The notes below the pieces were generated by a model, which was given only the letters and a program-made list of their open reading frames with translations, searched no databases and was not told the DNA's origin. This document shows, in pieces, positions 45,821-55,339 of a DNA stretch of 64,000 nt. Made by a program: the position numbers and the translations under genes. Source of the DNA: Vicinamibacterales bacterium (lineage in GTDB: Bacteria; Acidobacteriota; Vicinamibacteria; Vicinamibacterales; UBA8438); the NCBI GenBank assembly GCA_965202695.1, contig OZ241843.1, forward strand, positions 3,968,701 through 4,032,700, read 5' to 3'. The number at the start of each line of letters is the position of its first letter. Within the stretch, counting starts at the first letter, position 1.

Positions 45821-47283
45821 TGGAGTCCCTCCCCGACCCCTTCGGCGGGCCGCTCCGGCGACACCGTCAGGGTCATGCCGTCGATGGCGACGACCTGCAC
45901 GCGCACGCCCCGCGGGATGGGCTCGCGGGCCGCCGCCGACCAGATCTCGCCGTGCGTCGCCACGCGGCCGCTCGCGTCGGGCGCTATCGACTCGATCACC
46001 TCGCCCCGTTTGCCGACCATGCCGGCGGCGCCGGTGACCGGCGGGCGGAGGTGCGCGCGAATCGCGAGACGCCCCAGCAGCGACACCAGCACCGCCAGGG
46101 CGGTCATCAGCGTGAGCACGAACGGCCAGCCCGGCTGCAGCTCCGGCAGGGGCGAGTCGATCAGCATCACCGCCCCGAACACCATGCTCACCAGCCCGCC
46201 GGCGGCCAGCGCGCCGAAGGTGGGGGTCACCATCTCCAGGATGAGCAGCACGAGCCCGAACAGCAGCAGGAGCAGCCCGACGTAGTTGACCGGCAGGATC
46301 TGGAAGGCGAAGAACGCCAGCAGCAGGCACAGCCCGCCGACCACCCCCGGCAGGATCGCGCCGGGGTTCCACAGCTCGATGGTCAACCCGAGCGAGCCGA
46401 GGCTGAACAGGAGGACCGCGATCTGCGGATGCGCGATCGCGCTCAACAGGCGTTGCCGCCAGGTCATCTCGACGCGCTCGACCCGCGCGCCGGCGGTGCG
46501 CAGGACCTCCTCCCGTCCGTCCCACCGGGTGACCGCCCGCCCGTCGAGCGCCGCGATCAGGGCGTCGAGGTCGTCGACGACGAGATCGATCAGCGGCGGC
46601 TCCGCCTGCAGGGCCTCCTCCTCGGTGAACGACCGGCTGTCGACCACCGCCTCCTCCGCCAGCTCGACGTTCCGGCCCCGCCGCGCGGCCAGCGACCGGG
46701 CATAGGCGGCCACGTCGGACGCCGCCTTCTCGGACGCGGCGTCGTCCATCGGCTGCCCGGTGCCGGCCACCGGATGCGCCGCGCCCACGTGGGTGCCGGG
46801 AGCCATGGCCGCGACGTCGGCGGCGATGGTGATCAGGAATCCCGCCGACGCCGCCCGCGCCCCGCCCGGTCCCACGAACACTACCACGGGAACCCGCGAC
46901 TCGATGATCGCGGTGTTGATGTCGCGCGTGGAGTCGACCAGCCCGCCCGGGGTGCGCAGCACGAGGACGACGAGGTCGGCCCGCGCGGCGGCCGCGGCGT
47001 CGAGGGTCCGGGTGATGAACTCGGCCGACGCGGGATGAATGAGCGCGTCGACCTCGGCCACGTGGACCACCGGCGCCTCGACCCCGCCGGCGGACCGGGA
47101 CGCCGGCGGCCCGGTGCGGCCGGCCTCCCGACCCGCGGGCGACACGGTGCGGCCGACCTCCTCGCCGGCCGGCGGCCCGGCGCGGCCGGCCTCCTGACCC
47201 GCGGGCGCCGGACCGTCGAGTCCGGACAGGAACGCCCCGATCGCGATCAGGCGAATCGCCGAACGAAACCGCGGCGCGGTCAT
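45817..47283 (-). CDS. nfeD: NfeD-family membrane-bound ClpP-class serine protease
   Basis: ClpP-like N-terminal domain (LVVLVLRTPGGLVDSTRDI...GARAASAGFLI), central TM helices, and a C-terminal NfeD OB domain (GRVATHGEIWSA...VRVQVVAIDGMTLTV). The ATG at 47281-47283 has an upstream GGAGGA. Confidence 0.85.
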   Translation of the reverse strand: MTAPRFRSAIRLIAIGAFLSGLDGPAPAGQEAGRAGPPAGEEVGRTVSPAGREAGRTGPPASRSAGGVEAPVVHVAEVDALIHPASAEFITRTLDAAAAARADLVVLVLRTPGGLVDSTRDINTAIIESRVPVVVFVGPGGARAASAGFLITIAADVAAMAPGTHVGAAHPVAGTGQPMDDAASEKAASDVAAYARSLAARRGRNVELAEEAVVDSRSFTEEEALQAEPPLIDLVVDDLDALIAALDGRAVTRWDGREEVLRTAGARVERVEMTWRQRLLSAIAHPQIAVLLFSLGSLGLTIELWNPGAILPGVVGGLCLLLAFFAFQILPVNYVGLLLLLFGLVLLILEMVTPTFGALAAGGLVSMVFGAVMLIDSPLPELQPGWPFVLTLMTALAVLVSLLGRLAIRAHLRPPVTGAAGMVGKRGEVIESIAPDASGRVATHGEIWSAAAREPIPRGVRVQVVAIDGMTLTVSPERPAEGVGEGLQ

Positions 47284-47531
47284 GCGTCGATCCTCCGGGC
47301 CCGCCCGCATCACCGGCGTCGGCCGGCCGGCGGCCCGCCTTCAATGGTAACGCCTGACCGCCCGCGGCAAAAGCCCCGCCGCCGGCGTGGCGGTCTCCCG
47401 CCGGATCCGCGCCGCGATGCGCCCCGCCGCCTCCCGGCCGGGCCGCGCCCCGGCCACATCTGGTAGAGTTATCGTGACAGTCCGTGGTGGAACCCCTGCG
47501 GCGAGGCGCGCCGCACCCCGCCCGGCCGGCC

Positions 47532-48152
47532 GTGACCGCCGCGGCGATAATCGCGGGCGGCCGGGGACGGCGTCTCGGCGGGGTCGACAAGAGCCGGCTC
47601 GTCGTCGGCGGGCGGCGCATCATCGAACGCCAGCTCGCGGTGCTCGGCGAGGTCGCCCCGCGCGTGCTGGTGGTCTCGGACGACCACCACCGCTTCCGCG
47701 CATCCGGACTCCAGGTATGCGACGACCTCCTGCCGGGGGCCGGCCCCCTGGGGGGGCTGCACGCCGCGCTGACCCGATCGCCCGCCCGGCGCACCCTCGT
47801 CGTCGCCGGCGATCTGCCGTTCCTGACGGGCGCGTTCCTCCGCCACCTCGCGACCCGGGCGCCGCACGCGCGCGCCGTGGTCCCGCGGAACGCCGACGGC
47901 CTGCTGCAGCCGCTGTGCGCGGTCTGGGACCGGTGCTGCCTGGACGCGATCCACGCCCGGATAGCCCGCGGACAGCGCCGTCTGGTGGAACTGGCCGGCT
48001 CGTTGGGCGCGACGGAGGTGGGGCCGGACGAAGTGGCCGCCTTCGACCCCGACGGCATGCTGCTCTTCAACGTGAACACGCCGGCCGACCTGGCCCGCGC
48101 GGTCGCGGCCGCCGGCCGACCGGGCCCGCGAGCGCCGGCCGGCCCGGCCTGA
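47532..48152 (+). CDS. mobA: molybdenum cofactor guanylyltransferase MobA
   Basis: Motifs AAIIAGGRGRRLGGVDK, PLGGLHAAL and VVAGDLPFL. The GTG at 47532 is chosen to fit the usual short N-terminus; the track ORF starts at GTG 47484. Confidence 0.75.
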   Translation: MTAAAIIAGGRGRRLGGVDKSRLVVGGRRIIERQLAVLGEVAPRVLVVSDDHHRFRASGLQVCDDLLPGAGPLGGLHAALTRSPARRTLVVAGDLPFLTGAFLRHLATRAPHARAVVPRNADGLLQPLCAVWDRCCLDAIHARIARGQRRLVELAGSLGATEVGPDEVAAFDPDGMLLFNVNTPADLARAVAAAGRPGPRAPAGPA

Positions 48153-48324
48153 GCCGCGGGAACCCGCCGCGCGGGCGCGCCGCCGGACAGTCGTCCGGAC
48201 CACCGCCGTCGGCGACCACGAACCCGCCGTGCGGGCGCGCCGCCGGCCGAACGCCCCGCCCCGCGTCGAGACGGTCCGCGGCGGGGACCGCCGGAACCGG
48301 CCGTCGCATCCCCCGGACCCGAGC

Positions 48325-50346
48325 ATGATGCTGCCACTGCACACGGACCTGCGCCGCGCCGTCGCATCGGCGCTGCGCACGCTGTACGGCCTCGCCCCGG
48401 ACGAGATGCCCCCGATCGAGATCGGGTATCCCCCGAACCGGCGGATGGGAGACCTCGCGGTCACCGTCGCCTTCGACCTCGCCCGCAGGCTCCGGAAGGC
48501 TCCCCGCCGGATCGCCGCGGAGATCGCCGAGGCCGCGGCCGGACTGTCGGACCTCGGCCGCCTCGAGCCGACCGGGGCCGGCTATCTCAACCTGTTCCTC
48601 GACCGCCCCCGGTTCGCGCGCGCCCGCATCGGGGGGGGAACGCCGGCTCCCGCCGCCGCGGCCGGCGGAAAGACCATCGTCGAGCACACCGCCATCAACC
48701 CCAACAAGGCGGCCCACGTCGGGCACCTGCGCAACGCCGCCCTCGGCGACACGCTGGGCCGCCTGCTGCGGTTCCGCGGGAACGACGTCGAGGTGCAGAA
48801 CTACATCGACGACACGGGCGTGCAGGTCGCCGACGTGGTGGTCGGGCTGCAGGAACTGGAAGGGAAGGACGCCGGCGAGGTGCGGCGGCTCGCCGGGGAA
48901 CCCCGGTTCGACCACTACTGCTGGGACCTCTACGCGCGGGTCACCCGCTGGTACGACGAAGACGACGCCCGGCTGTCGCACCGCCGGGCCGCCCTGCGCG
49001 ATCTGGAGCGCGACGCCGGGCCCGCCGCGGCGCTGGCCCGCGTGGTCACCGGCAGCATCGTGCGCTGCCACCTCCGGACGATGGCGCGGCTCGGGGTCGA
49101 GTACGACCTGTTGAGCTGGGAGGGCGACATCCTGAGACTGGCGTTCTGGGACCGCGCCTTCGAGATCCTGAAGGCCTCGGGCGCCGTCCGCCTCCAGGCC
49201 GCCGGACGGCTCGCCGGATGCTGGGTGATGCCGATCGACCCCGACGGCGAGGCCGAGGCGCCGGCGGACCCCGACGGCGGCGCCGCCGACGCGGACGCGG
49301 ACGACCGGCTCAAGGTCATCGTGCGATCGAACGGCACCGTGACCTACGTCGGGAAGGACATCGCGTACCAGCTCTGGAAGTTCGGCCTGCTGGGACGCGA
49401 CTTCCACTACCGGCGGTTCGACGCGCCGCAGCCCTCGGGCCGCGCCCTCTGGACCACGTCGAGCGCCCCCGCGGAGTCCGGCCCCGGCGGCCCGGCCCCG
49501 CGGTTCGGCCGGGCGGCGGCCGTCTACAACGTCATCGACACCCGCCAGAGCTATCTGCAACGGCTGCTGGCGCAGGCCCTGACGGCGCTGGACCATCCGG
49601 CGGAGGCCGAGCGCTCCGTCCACTTCTCGTACGAGATGGTGGCCCTGTCGCGCAACACCGCCGAAGCCCTGGGCCACGCCGCCCCCGACGACGAGGGCAA
49701 GCCGTTCGTCGAGGTCTCGGGCCGCCGGGGTCTCGGCGTGAAGGCCGACGACCTCCTCGACCAGGTGACCGGCCGGGCGCAACGGGAGGTCGAGGCCCGG
49801 CACCCCGGCCTCACCCCCGGCGAGAGCCGGCGCATCGCCGAGGTCATCGCAACCGCCGCGGTCCGCTACTTCATGATCAAGTTCTCGCGAGGCAAGGTCA
49901 TCGCCTTCGACGTCGACGAGGCCCTCGCCTTCGAGGGGGAGACCGGGCCGTATCTGCAGTACGCCGCCGTCCGCGCCCGGAAGATCCTGCAGAAGCTGCG
50001 GGAGCGCAGCGGCCTCGGAACCGCGGACGTCGTGGAGAGTCTGGGGACGATACCCGACGGCCCGCTCGCGGGTCCGGCCGGCGACGATCTGTGGGACCTC
50101 GTCCTCGAGGCCGCGCGGCTGGACGAAGTCGCCGACCAGGCCGTGCGGACGCTGGAGCCGTCGGTGCTCGCCAAGTACGCGTTCGGGCTCGCCCAGCGCT
50201 TCAACGGGTTCTACCACCGCAGCCCGGTGGTCGCGGAGACCGACGACGCCGTCCGGCGCTGGCGCGCGGCCGGGGTCGTCTGGTTCGAAGCGCAGATGAC
50301 CCGGGCCCTCGCGCTCATGGGATGCGGCGTGCCGGACCGGATGTAG
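48325..50346 (+). CDS. argS: arginine--tRNA ligase
   Basis: The ATG at 48325 opens MMLPLHTDLRRAV... The HIGH-type motif is NPNKAAHVGHLRNAALGD. The DALR anticodon-binding end is YAFGLAQRFNGFYH. Confidence 0.9.
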   Translation: MMLPLHTDLRRAVASALRTLYGLAPDEMPPIEIGYPPNRRMGDLAVTVAFDLARRLRKAPRRIAAEIAEAAAGLSDLGRLEPTGAGYLNLFLDRPRFARARIGGGTPAPAAAAGGKTIVEHTAINPNKAAHVGHLRNAALGDTLGRLLRFRGNDVEVQNYIDDTGVQVADVVVGLQELEGKDAGEVRRLAGEPRFDHYCWDLYARVTRWYDEDDARLSHRRAALRDLERDAGPAAALARVVTGSIVRCHLRTMARLGVEYDLLSWEGDILRLAFWDRAFEILKASGAVRLQAAGRLAGCWVMPIDPDGEAEAPADPDGGAADADADDRLKVIVRSNGTVTYVGKDIAYQLWKFGLLGRDFHYRRFDAPQPSGRALWTTSSAPAESGPGGPAPRFGRAAAVYNVIDTRQSYLQRLLAQALTALDHPAEAERSVHFSYEMVALSRNTAEALGHAAPDDEGKPFVEVSGRRGLGVKADDLLDQVTGRAQREVEARHPGLTPGESRRIAEVIATAAVRYFMIKFSRGKVIAFDVDEALAFEGETGPYLQYAAVRARKILQKLRERSGLGTADVVESLGTIPDGPLAGPAGDDLWDLVLEAARLDEVADQAVRTLEPSVLAKYAFGLAQRFNGFYHRSPVVAETDDAVRRWRAAGVVWFEAQMTRALALMGCGVPDRM

Positions 50347-50404
50347 CCCGGAGGACGCCGCCCTGTCCCGGCGCGCGTTCCCCACGCGCACGCGCCGCGG
50401 GCGC

Positions 50405-52624
50405 TTACCGCGGGAGCGGAAGCTGGCGGCTCTCCTGCTCGCGCGCCTGGTCGAACGCCGGCACGGGCTCCGCCGTCCGGACCTGCTCGAGCCAGAACAC
50501 CCCGTCCCAGGGGACGGAGTTGCCGCGCGTGCCGATGAGGTCGGCGTCGCCGTCGCCGTCCACGTCGCGCACGACGAACTTGTCGAACATGCCGCGGACG
50601 CGGCGCGACACGTCGTGGCGGGTCCAGGCGCCGGCCGGATCTTCGGGCTGCTCGAACCACGCGAGGCGCCCGGCCCGGTGCGACGGGGAGATCTCGGCCG
50701 CGTCGACGTCGCGCGGATCCTGGCTGTAGGCGCCGGAGAAGGCGTCGAGACGGCCGTCGCCGTTGAGGTCGGTCAGCACGAAGCCGACGAGGCGGTCGGG
50801 CGCGAGGCCGCCGATGACGTGCGGCCGCCACGGGTCGGCGGGGTCGGCGGGCTGCTCCAGCCACGAGAGGCCGTTGCGCCTGTCCTGGATCGCGACGTCG
50901 ACGCGCCCGTCGCCGCTGAGGTCCGCGAAGTCCATGTTGAACCCGGTGACGGCCGCCTCGGGCGCGATCTCGATGCGGTGCTCGCGGAACGCGATCGCGC
51001 CGGGGCCGGCGCTGACGTTCTCGAACCAGAAGATGCGCTGCTCCATGCGCGAACCGCCGACGACGTCGAGGTCCCCGTCGCCGTCGAGGTCGAACGGCTG
51101 CGCGTTGATGGGCACGACGACGCGGGCCAGCTCGTGCTCGACCCACGCGTCGCCGTCGAGCGGATCGCCGGGAACCGCGAACCACGAGACCGGATGCTTC
51201 TCGGTGGTGCCGCGCGGCGGGTTCTGGGCGCCCTTGTTCGCGGCGACCACCTCGGGCCGGCCGTCGTCGTCGAAGTCGGCGAGGAAGACGCGGATGTACG
51301 ACCCGCGGCCGAGGGTCGCGGCGGGGATGGTCCGCTTCCACCGAGCGGTCCGCCCGGCCGCGCCGGGGTTCTCGAAGTAGATCAGGTGCGCGAGCTCGCA
51401 CGCCACCACCACGTCGGGATAGCCGTCGCCGTTCACGTCGCCGATGGCCACGTCTTCGGCCGCGCCCGCCTCCTCGCCCTCCGCCAGCGTGTGGAGATCC
51501 CAGGCGTCGGGGTCGGCCGAGCCGTACGCGATGCGCACGTGGCCGTCGGGCACGCCGTCGTAGGTGGTGTCGGATTCGTGCACGGAGACGACGTCGGGGT
51601 GGCCGTCGAGGTCGAGGTCGGCCAGGGCCAGCCCGTCGCTGCCCGAGAGGGTCACGCCGCCCACCGCGAGGTCGTCGATGACGTGCTCGCGCCACGAGAT
51701 GTACGACCCGTCGGCGGCCCGCGCGCGGGTGGGCGTGGCGGCGACGGTCGGCGCCGGCGGCTTGACGGTCACCGTGAGGTTGGCCGGGCTCGTATGCACC
51801 GTGTCGTCGGCCACCGCCTGCAGGACGTAGACGCCGGGCGCGCTGAAGGCGGCGCGGGTGACGGCGCGCCCCCCCTCGCCGACGGCGGGCGTCCGCGGGT
51901 CGAACGTCACCGTCCCCGGCCCGCGCCAGTGGAGCCACGTGACGGCGAGGCCGGTGGCCGCCGCCCGGCGCGGATCGACCATCGCCTGCGACTTCGGACC
52001 GCGCCGGACCCGCCGCTCGGCCAGCCGCGGGTTCGGGGGCGGAACGCCGTCGTCGCCGGCGACCACCGCGATCTCGAGCGTATCGGGCAGGGTGACCTCG
52101 CGGTGGCCGCCGCCCTCGAGGCGGACGAACGGGCGCTGGTTGTCGGCGTAGCCCTGCCCGGTGCCGGCTCCCCGGTTCAGGCGCAGCACGCCGGCGTCGA
52201 TCTCCCACACCGGCCAGAGGTGGCCGACGGCGCGGTCGGTCCGGCCGTTGTGGGTGACGGTCCAGACGAGGTCCTGCTCGCGCCCCCAGTCGGCGGGCAC
52301 GCGCACCCCGAACACGAACTGCTGGCGCCGGTTGTAGAAGTGCGTGGGCTGCCCCCGGTCGGCCGGACCCGGCTCGAAGCGGTTGTCCGGGCCGACGGGA
52401 ACGACCGGCTGCTCCTCGTAGTTGCGGTTCAGGTAGCCGAAGACCATGGTGAACGACCCGTCGGCGTTCCGTTCCCACCCCTCGAACACCGGCTGCACGT
52501 TCTGGCCCCGGCTCCAGCGCTCCTGCGCCGACGCCGGAAGACCGCCCGACCCCGCCAGCAGCGCGGCCAGGCACACCGCCCCCGCGACGCGGCCCGCACC
52601 CGTCGTGACGTTCTTCCCATCCAC
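50405..52624 (-). CDS. secreted FG-GAP/VCBS-repeat beta-propeller protein
   Basis: Signal peptide (GAVCLAALLAGSGGLPASAQE), an unrecognised N-terminal domain of about 280 aa, then repeated Ca-binding FG-GAP loops (DLDLDGHPDVV, DVNGDGYPDVV, DFDDDGRPEVV, DLDGDGDLDVV, DLSGDGRVDVA, DLNGDGRLDAF, DVDGDGDADLI). GTG start at 52622-52624. Confidence 0.75.
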   Translation of the reverse strand: MDGKNVTTGAGRVAGAVCLAALLAGSGGLPASAQERWSRGQNVQPVFEGWERNADGSFTMVFGYLNRNYEEQPVVPVGPDNRFEPGPADRGQPTHFYNRRQQFVFGVRVPADWGREQDLVWTVTHNGRTDRAVGHLWPVWEIDAGVLRLNRGAGTGQGYADNQRPFVRLEGGGHREVTLPDTLEIAVVAGDDGVPPPNPRLAERRVRRGPKSQAMVDPRRAAATGLAVTWLHWRGPGTVTFDPRTPAVGEGGRAVTRAAFSAPGVYVLQAVADDTVHTSPANLTVTVKPPAPTVAATPTRARAADGSYISWREHVIDDLAVGGVTLSGSDGLALADLDLDGHPDVVSVHESDTTYDGVPDGHVRIAYGSADPDAWDLHTLAEGEEAGAAEDVAIGDVNGDGYPDVVVACELAHLIYFENPGAAGRTARWKRTIPAATLGRGSYIRVFLADFDDDGRPEVVAANKGAQNPPRGTTEKHPVSWFAVPGDPLDGDAWVEHELARVVVPINAQPFDLDGDGDLDVVGGSRMEQRIFWFENVSAGPGAIAFREHRIEIAPEAAVTGFNMDFADLSGDGRVDVAIQDRRNGLSWLEQPADPADPWRPHVIGGLAPDRLVGFVLTDLNGDGRLDAFSGAYSQDPRDVDAAEISPSHRAGRLAWFEQPEDPAGAWTRHDVSRRVRGMFDKFVVRDVDGDGDADLIGTRGNSVPWDGVFWLEQVRTAEPVPAFDQAREQESRQLPLPR

Positions 52625-52649
52625 GCTCGCATCCTCCCGCCGCGGCGGC

Positions 52650-53942
52650 TCATTCGTCGTCGTCGGCGAGCGCCTCCCGCGCCTCGACTTCCTTCTGGAA
52701 GGCCTCGTCGTCGAGCTCGTACCAGCTCACCCAGGCGAAACTCATCTCGTCGCTCGACCGCTGGCCGAAGCCGGCCCAGTTCGTGGGGTCGTCGTTCCAG
52801 CGGTTCGCCTCGGAGTTGTCGTGCCAGCTCGTCACGTGCAGCACGGTCCCCCGGGGCAGCAGCGGGGCCACGTCGTCCTCGTAGTTGTAGACGATGTGCC
52901 AGCCGAAGTCCCAGTCCGCGCAGCTCAGGATCTCCTTGCGGTCGTCGGGCAGGATCGCTTCGAGGCACTGCCGCTTGCCGAGGTTGTGCAGGTGGGCCTG
53001 GAACGCGGTGACGTGGGCGTTCTCCTTCAGGCGGTAGTAGCCGTCGTGGCGCACGTTCGACGCCCCGGCCGGGATGTCGAGGTCCTCGTCGTCGCCGACG
53101 TGGGCCGAGATGAGCTTGCGCTCGGGCACGACGCCCTTCGGGTAGAACTGCAGGCCGACCCGCGTCCGGTCGGTCGTCTCGACGCCGATCGCGGCATAGT
53201 GCATGTTGAACTTGATGACGCTCCCGGCCTTGATCAGCCGCCCGGTGCCGTCGGGGAAGACGTCGCCGTTCTTGCCGAGCGCGTACTCGTTCAGGAAGGC
53301 GTAGTCGTCGTCGTCGGACTCGGGGTCCGAATTGCTCGTCACCGCGTGGTGGACGACCGGGAACCCCTCGATGGACGGCTTGGTCTCGACCGCCTTCACC
53401 CAGCGGTCCTCCGTCAGGCCCGAGTCCGCGAACAGGTCGCCCCACCAGTTGGGGGCCTCGGCCGCGACCACGAACGGCTCGGGGAGCTCCACGATCCAGT
53501 CCGGCTCGCCGATCTTCCACTCGGCGATGTCCCGGAACTCGCGCGGCGGGGGCAGGTCTTCGGGGTTGCCGCGCGGCGCGCCGGCGTCGACCCACGCGGC
53601 GACGGCGGCGATCTCCTCGTCGCTCAGCGAATAGTCGTACTTGAACCCCTGCACGCCGATGTTCCTGTCGATGTACCAGGGCGGCATGGCGCGGGAGACC
53701 ACCTTCTCGCGGATCGAGCGCGCCCACGGCCGCGTCTCCTCGTAGGTCAGCAGCGACATCGGCGCGATGGAGCCGGTGCGGTGGCACTCCTGGCAGGAGC
53801 GCTGCAGGATCGGCGCGACGTCCTTCGTGAACGTGACCGCGTGCGCCTCGTCCTGCGCCGCGGCGGCGGCCGGCGCGGCGGCGCCGAGCGCGGCGGCCAG
53901 GACGGCGGCGAGACCGAATCGGCGACCGGTTGTGGTTGACAT
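52650..53942 (-). CDS. periplasmic c-type cytochrome fused to a PHM/copper-monooxygenase-like beta-sandwich region (putative)
   Basis: Signal peptide, the heme-c motif CQECH within FTKDVAPILQRSCQECHRTGSIAPMSL, and later His-rich motifs (VVHHAV, FQAHLHNLG, VTSWHDNS). GGAGGCTCAGGAG lies upstream of the ATG at 53940-53942. Confidence 0.65.
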   Translation of the reverse strand: MSTTTGRRFGLAAVLAAALGAAAPAAAAAQDEAHAVTFTKDVAPILQRSCQECHRTGSIAPMSLLTYEETRPWARSIREKVVSRAMPPWYIDRNIGVQGFKYDYSLSDEEIAAVAAWVDAGAPRGNPEDLPPPREFRDIAEWKIGEPDWIVELPEPFVVAAEAPNWWGDLFADSGLTEDRWVKAVETKPSIEGFPVVHHAVTSNSDPESDDDDYAFLNEYALGKNGDVFPDGTGRLIKAGSVIKFNMHYAAIGVETTDRTRVGLQFYPKGVVPERKLISAHVGDDEDLDIPAGASNVRHDGYYRLKENAHVTAFQAHLHNLGKRQCLEAILPDDRKEILSCADWDFGWHIVYNYEDDVAPLLPRGTVLHVTSWHDNSEANRWNDDPTNWAGFGQRSSDEMSFAWVSWYELDDEAFQKEVEAREALADDDE

Positions 53943-54199
53943 CTCCTGAGCCTCCGGTGCGGAACGGGTGTCGTGTCGCCGCCCGGCGGCGACCGGTCAC
54001 CTATTGTGGACCAGTCCCGGCCGGTACGCCAAGCGGTCTTTTCGCGGCGGCGCGGTTCCGCGCCCGGGGCCTGTGCCTCGCCCCGGGCGTCGGCGAGGCC
54101 AGCGGCAAGCGCGTCGTCGGCGCACGGTCGAAAGGCGCGGGCCTGCGTGGACCGCCTCCGGCGCCAACGCCGTCACCGTCCCTGCGCCGTCGCGGGAAA

Positions 54200-54308
54200 T
54201 CAGCGGCCGCTTCGAGGACTTCCGGGAACGAAGAGCCGCCGGGGCCTCCTGGTTCACGAATCCGACGCGCCCCGGCAGGCGGATCGGAACCGATTTCCCG
54301 CCGCCTAC
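54200..54308. repeat. direct repeat copy 1 flanking the IS nest
   Basis: Block A, 54200-54240, matches 58352-58392 at 35 of 41 positions by hand count. Block B, 54257-54308 (CGAATCCGACGCGCCCCGGCAGGCGGATCGGAACCGATTTCCCGCCGCCTAC), matches 58451-58504 with 2 substitutions and 2 one-nt indels. Confidence 0.8.
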
Positions 54309-54310
54309 TA

Positions 54311-54760
54311 GCGAAGCGCTCGGCGGCGGCCAGCGGCGGCGGGGCGTCGATCAGCCGGCCGAGCTGGCTTCGAGCCGGCCGCGGGCCGACGCGAGACCGT
54401 GCTTGCAGATGCCACCAGCGTTGCAGCGCGTCCGCGGGTCGAGGGCGTCCTGCAGGACCATCTGCACGGCGGCGGCCCAGGGGCTGTCGGGATGATCGTT
54501 CCGCAAGTCCTTGCAGCGCCGCAGGAGATGGACCAAGCAGGTCTGGGGGAGCGCAAGCTTGAAGCCGCGATACGCCGCCCACCGTCCCGCACCAGCACGC
54601 CCGCGAAGTCGGCACCGAGCACGCGGCCGCGTCGGCGAACCCGCGGCCGGCGCAGATGGAGTACACCGTCGTCTCCCGCGTTCGGGAAACACTTCTATAC
54701 CTTGGGGCTGGCCTCCATGCCGTTCTTGCGGAGGAGACCGTCCCGACGAGTCCCAGCCCA
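54311..54760 (-). pseudogene. DDE transposase fragment (IS66-like by motif), frame-disrupted
   Basis: Track ORF 54351-54812 contains LPQTCLVHLLRRCKDLRNDHPDSPWAAAVQMVLQDAL, which resembles the conserved C(W)AH(L)LR block of IS66-type transposases. The flanking frames are broken and no intact N-terminus is present. Confidence 0.3.
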
Positions 54761-54979
54761 GAAGCACATCTTCTACCGATCTCCGGCTAAAAGGGTTGTA
54801 TATATAAACCAACTATTTGCAACGAGTTACAGGGACGAACGGAAGGGACGCATCCGGCCCGCGCGACGAAAGTAGATCGCACCGCAGACGGGCTAGGCTG
54901 AGATTCGCGGCTGCTTTTTCGAGACTACGTTGACGCCCCCAGCCGGGTTCCGGCGGGAATTCCCACGGAATCTGAAATC

Positions 54980-55297
54980 ATGTCCCAGGCGACTCCAGTA
55001 AAGACGGAGATCGTGGTCAACACATCGCCGGCACGCCGTGCTTGGGACATGTCGGACATGCTGCCTATATTTAACAAGGATTTAACGAAGTCGAAACATC
55101 GGGCTCGATACAGTGGAGCAGTACATCCCGCGTTCATGGAGGCGACCGTGCAAAAAACAATCTTCGCCATTCTCCGAGACGCCACTAAAGTGAACCTCCT
55201 CGATGAGCTCACGTCAGTTGAGCACGCGATGATCGCGGTTGCCATCCTTGTTTTGTTGACGGCCATCGCCGAGGAGGCTGTGGATCGCTGGCGGCGG
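54980..55297 (+). other. open frame in a low-GC patch, possibly a gene truncated by the IS3 insertion
   Basis: MSQATPVKTEIVVNTSPARRAWDMSDMLPIFNKDLTKSK...HAMIAVAILVLLTAIAEEAVDRW. Its composition differs visibly from the rest of the window (many A/T-rich codons). It runs in frame into IS3 orfA only by read-through. Confidence 0.2.
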
Positions 55298-55339
55298 TCA
55301 CGGAGTCCCGCCCGATCCTGGGAGGAGGAGGTATCCGCG

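Noticed and set aside
45821-48367. N-terminal extensions of track ORFs that contain real genes only at their 3' ends. Examples: 45023-48367 for the stomatin gene, 58501-61938 for the PQQ dehydrogenase, 30062-32317 for meaB, 36537-38672 for hemW, 4146-5861 for the TonB-like gene.
   Set aside because: The recognisable domain starts at an internal ATG or GTG that coincides with an upstream stop overlap or an SD-like sequence. The extended parts are Arg/Gly/Pro-rich and overlap other well-supported genes.
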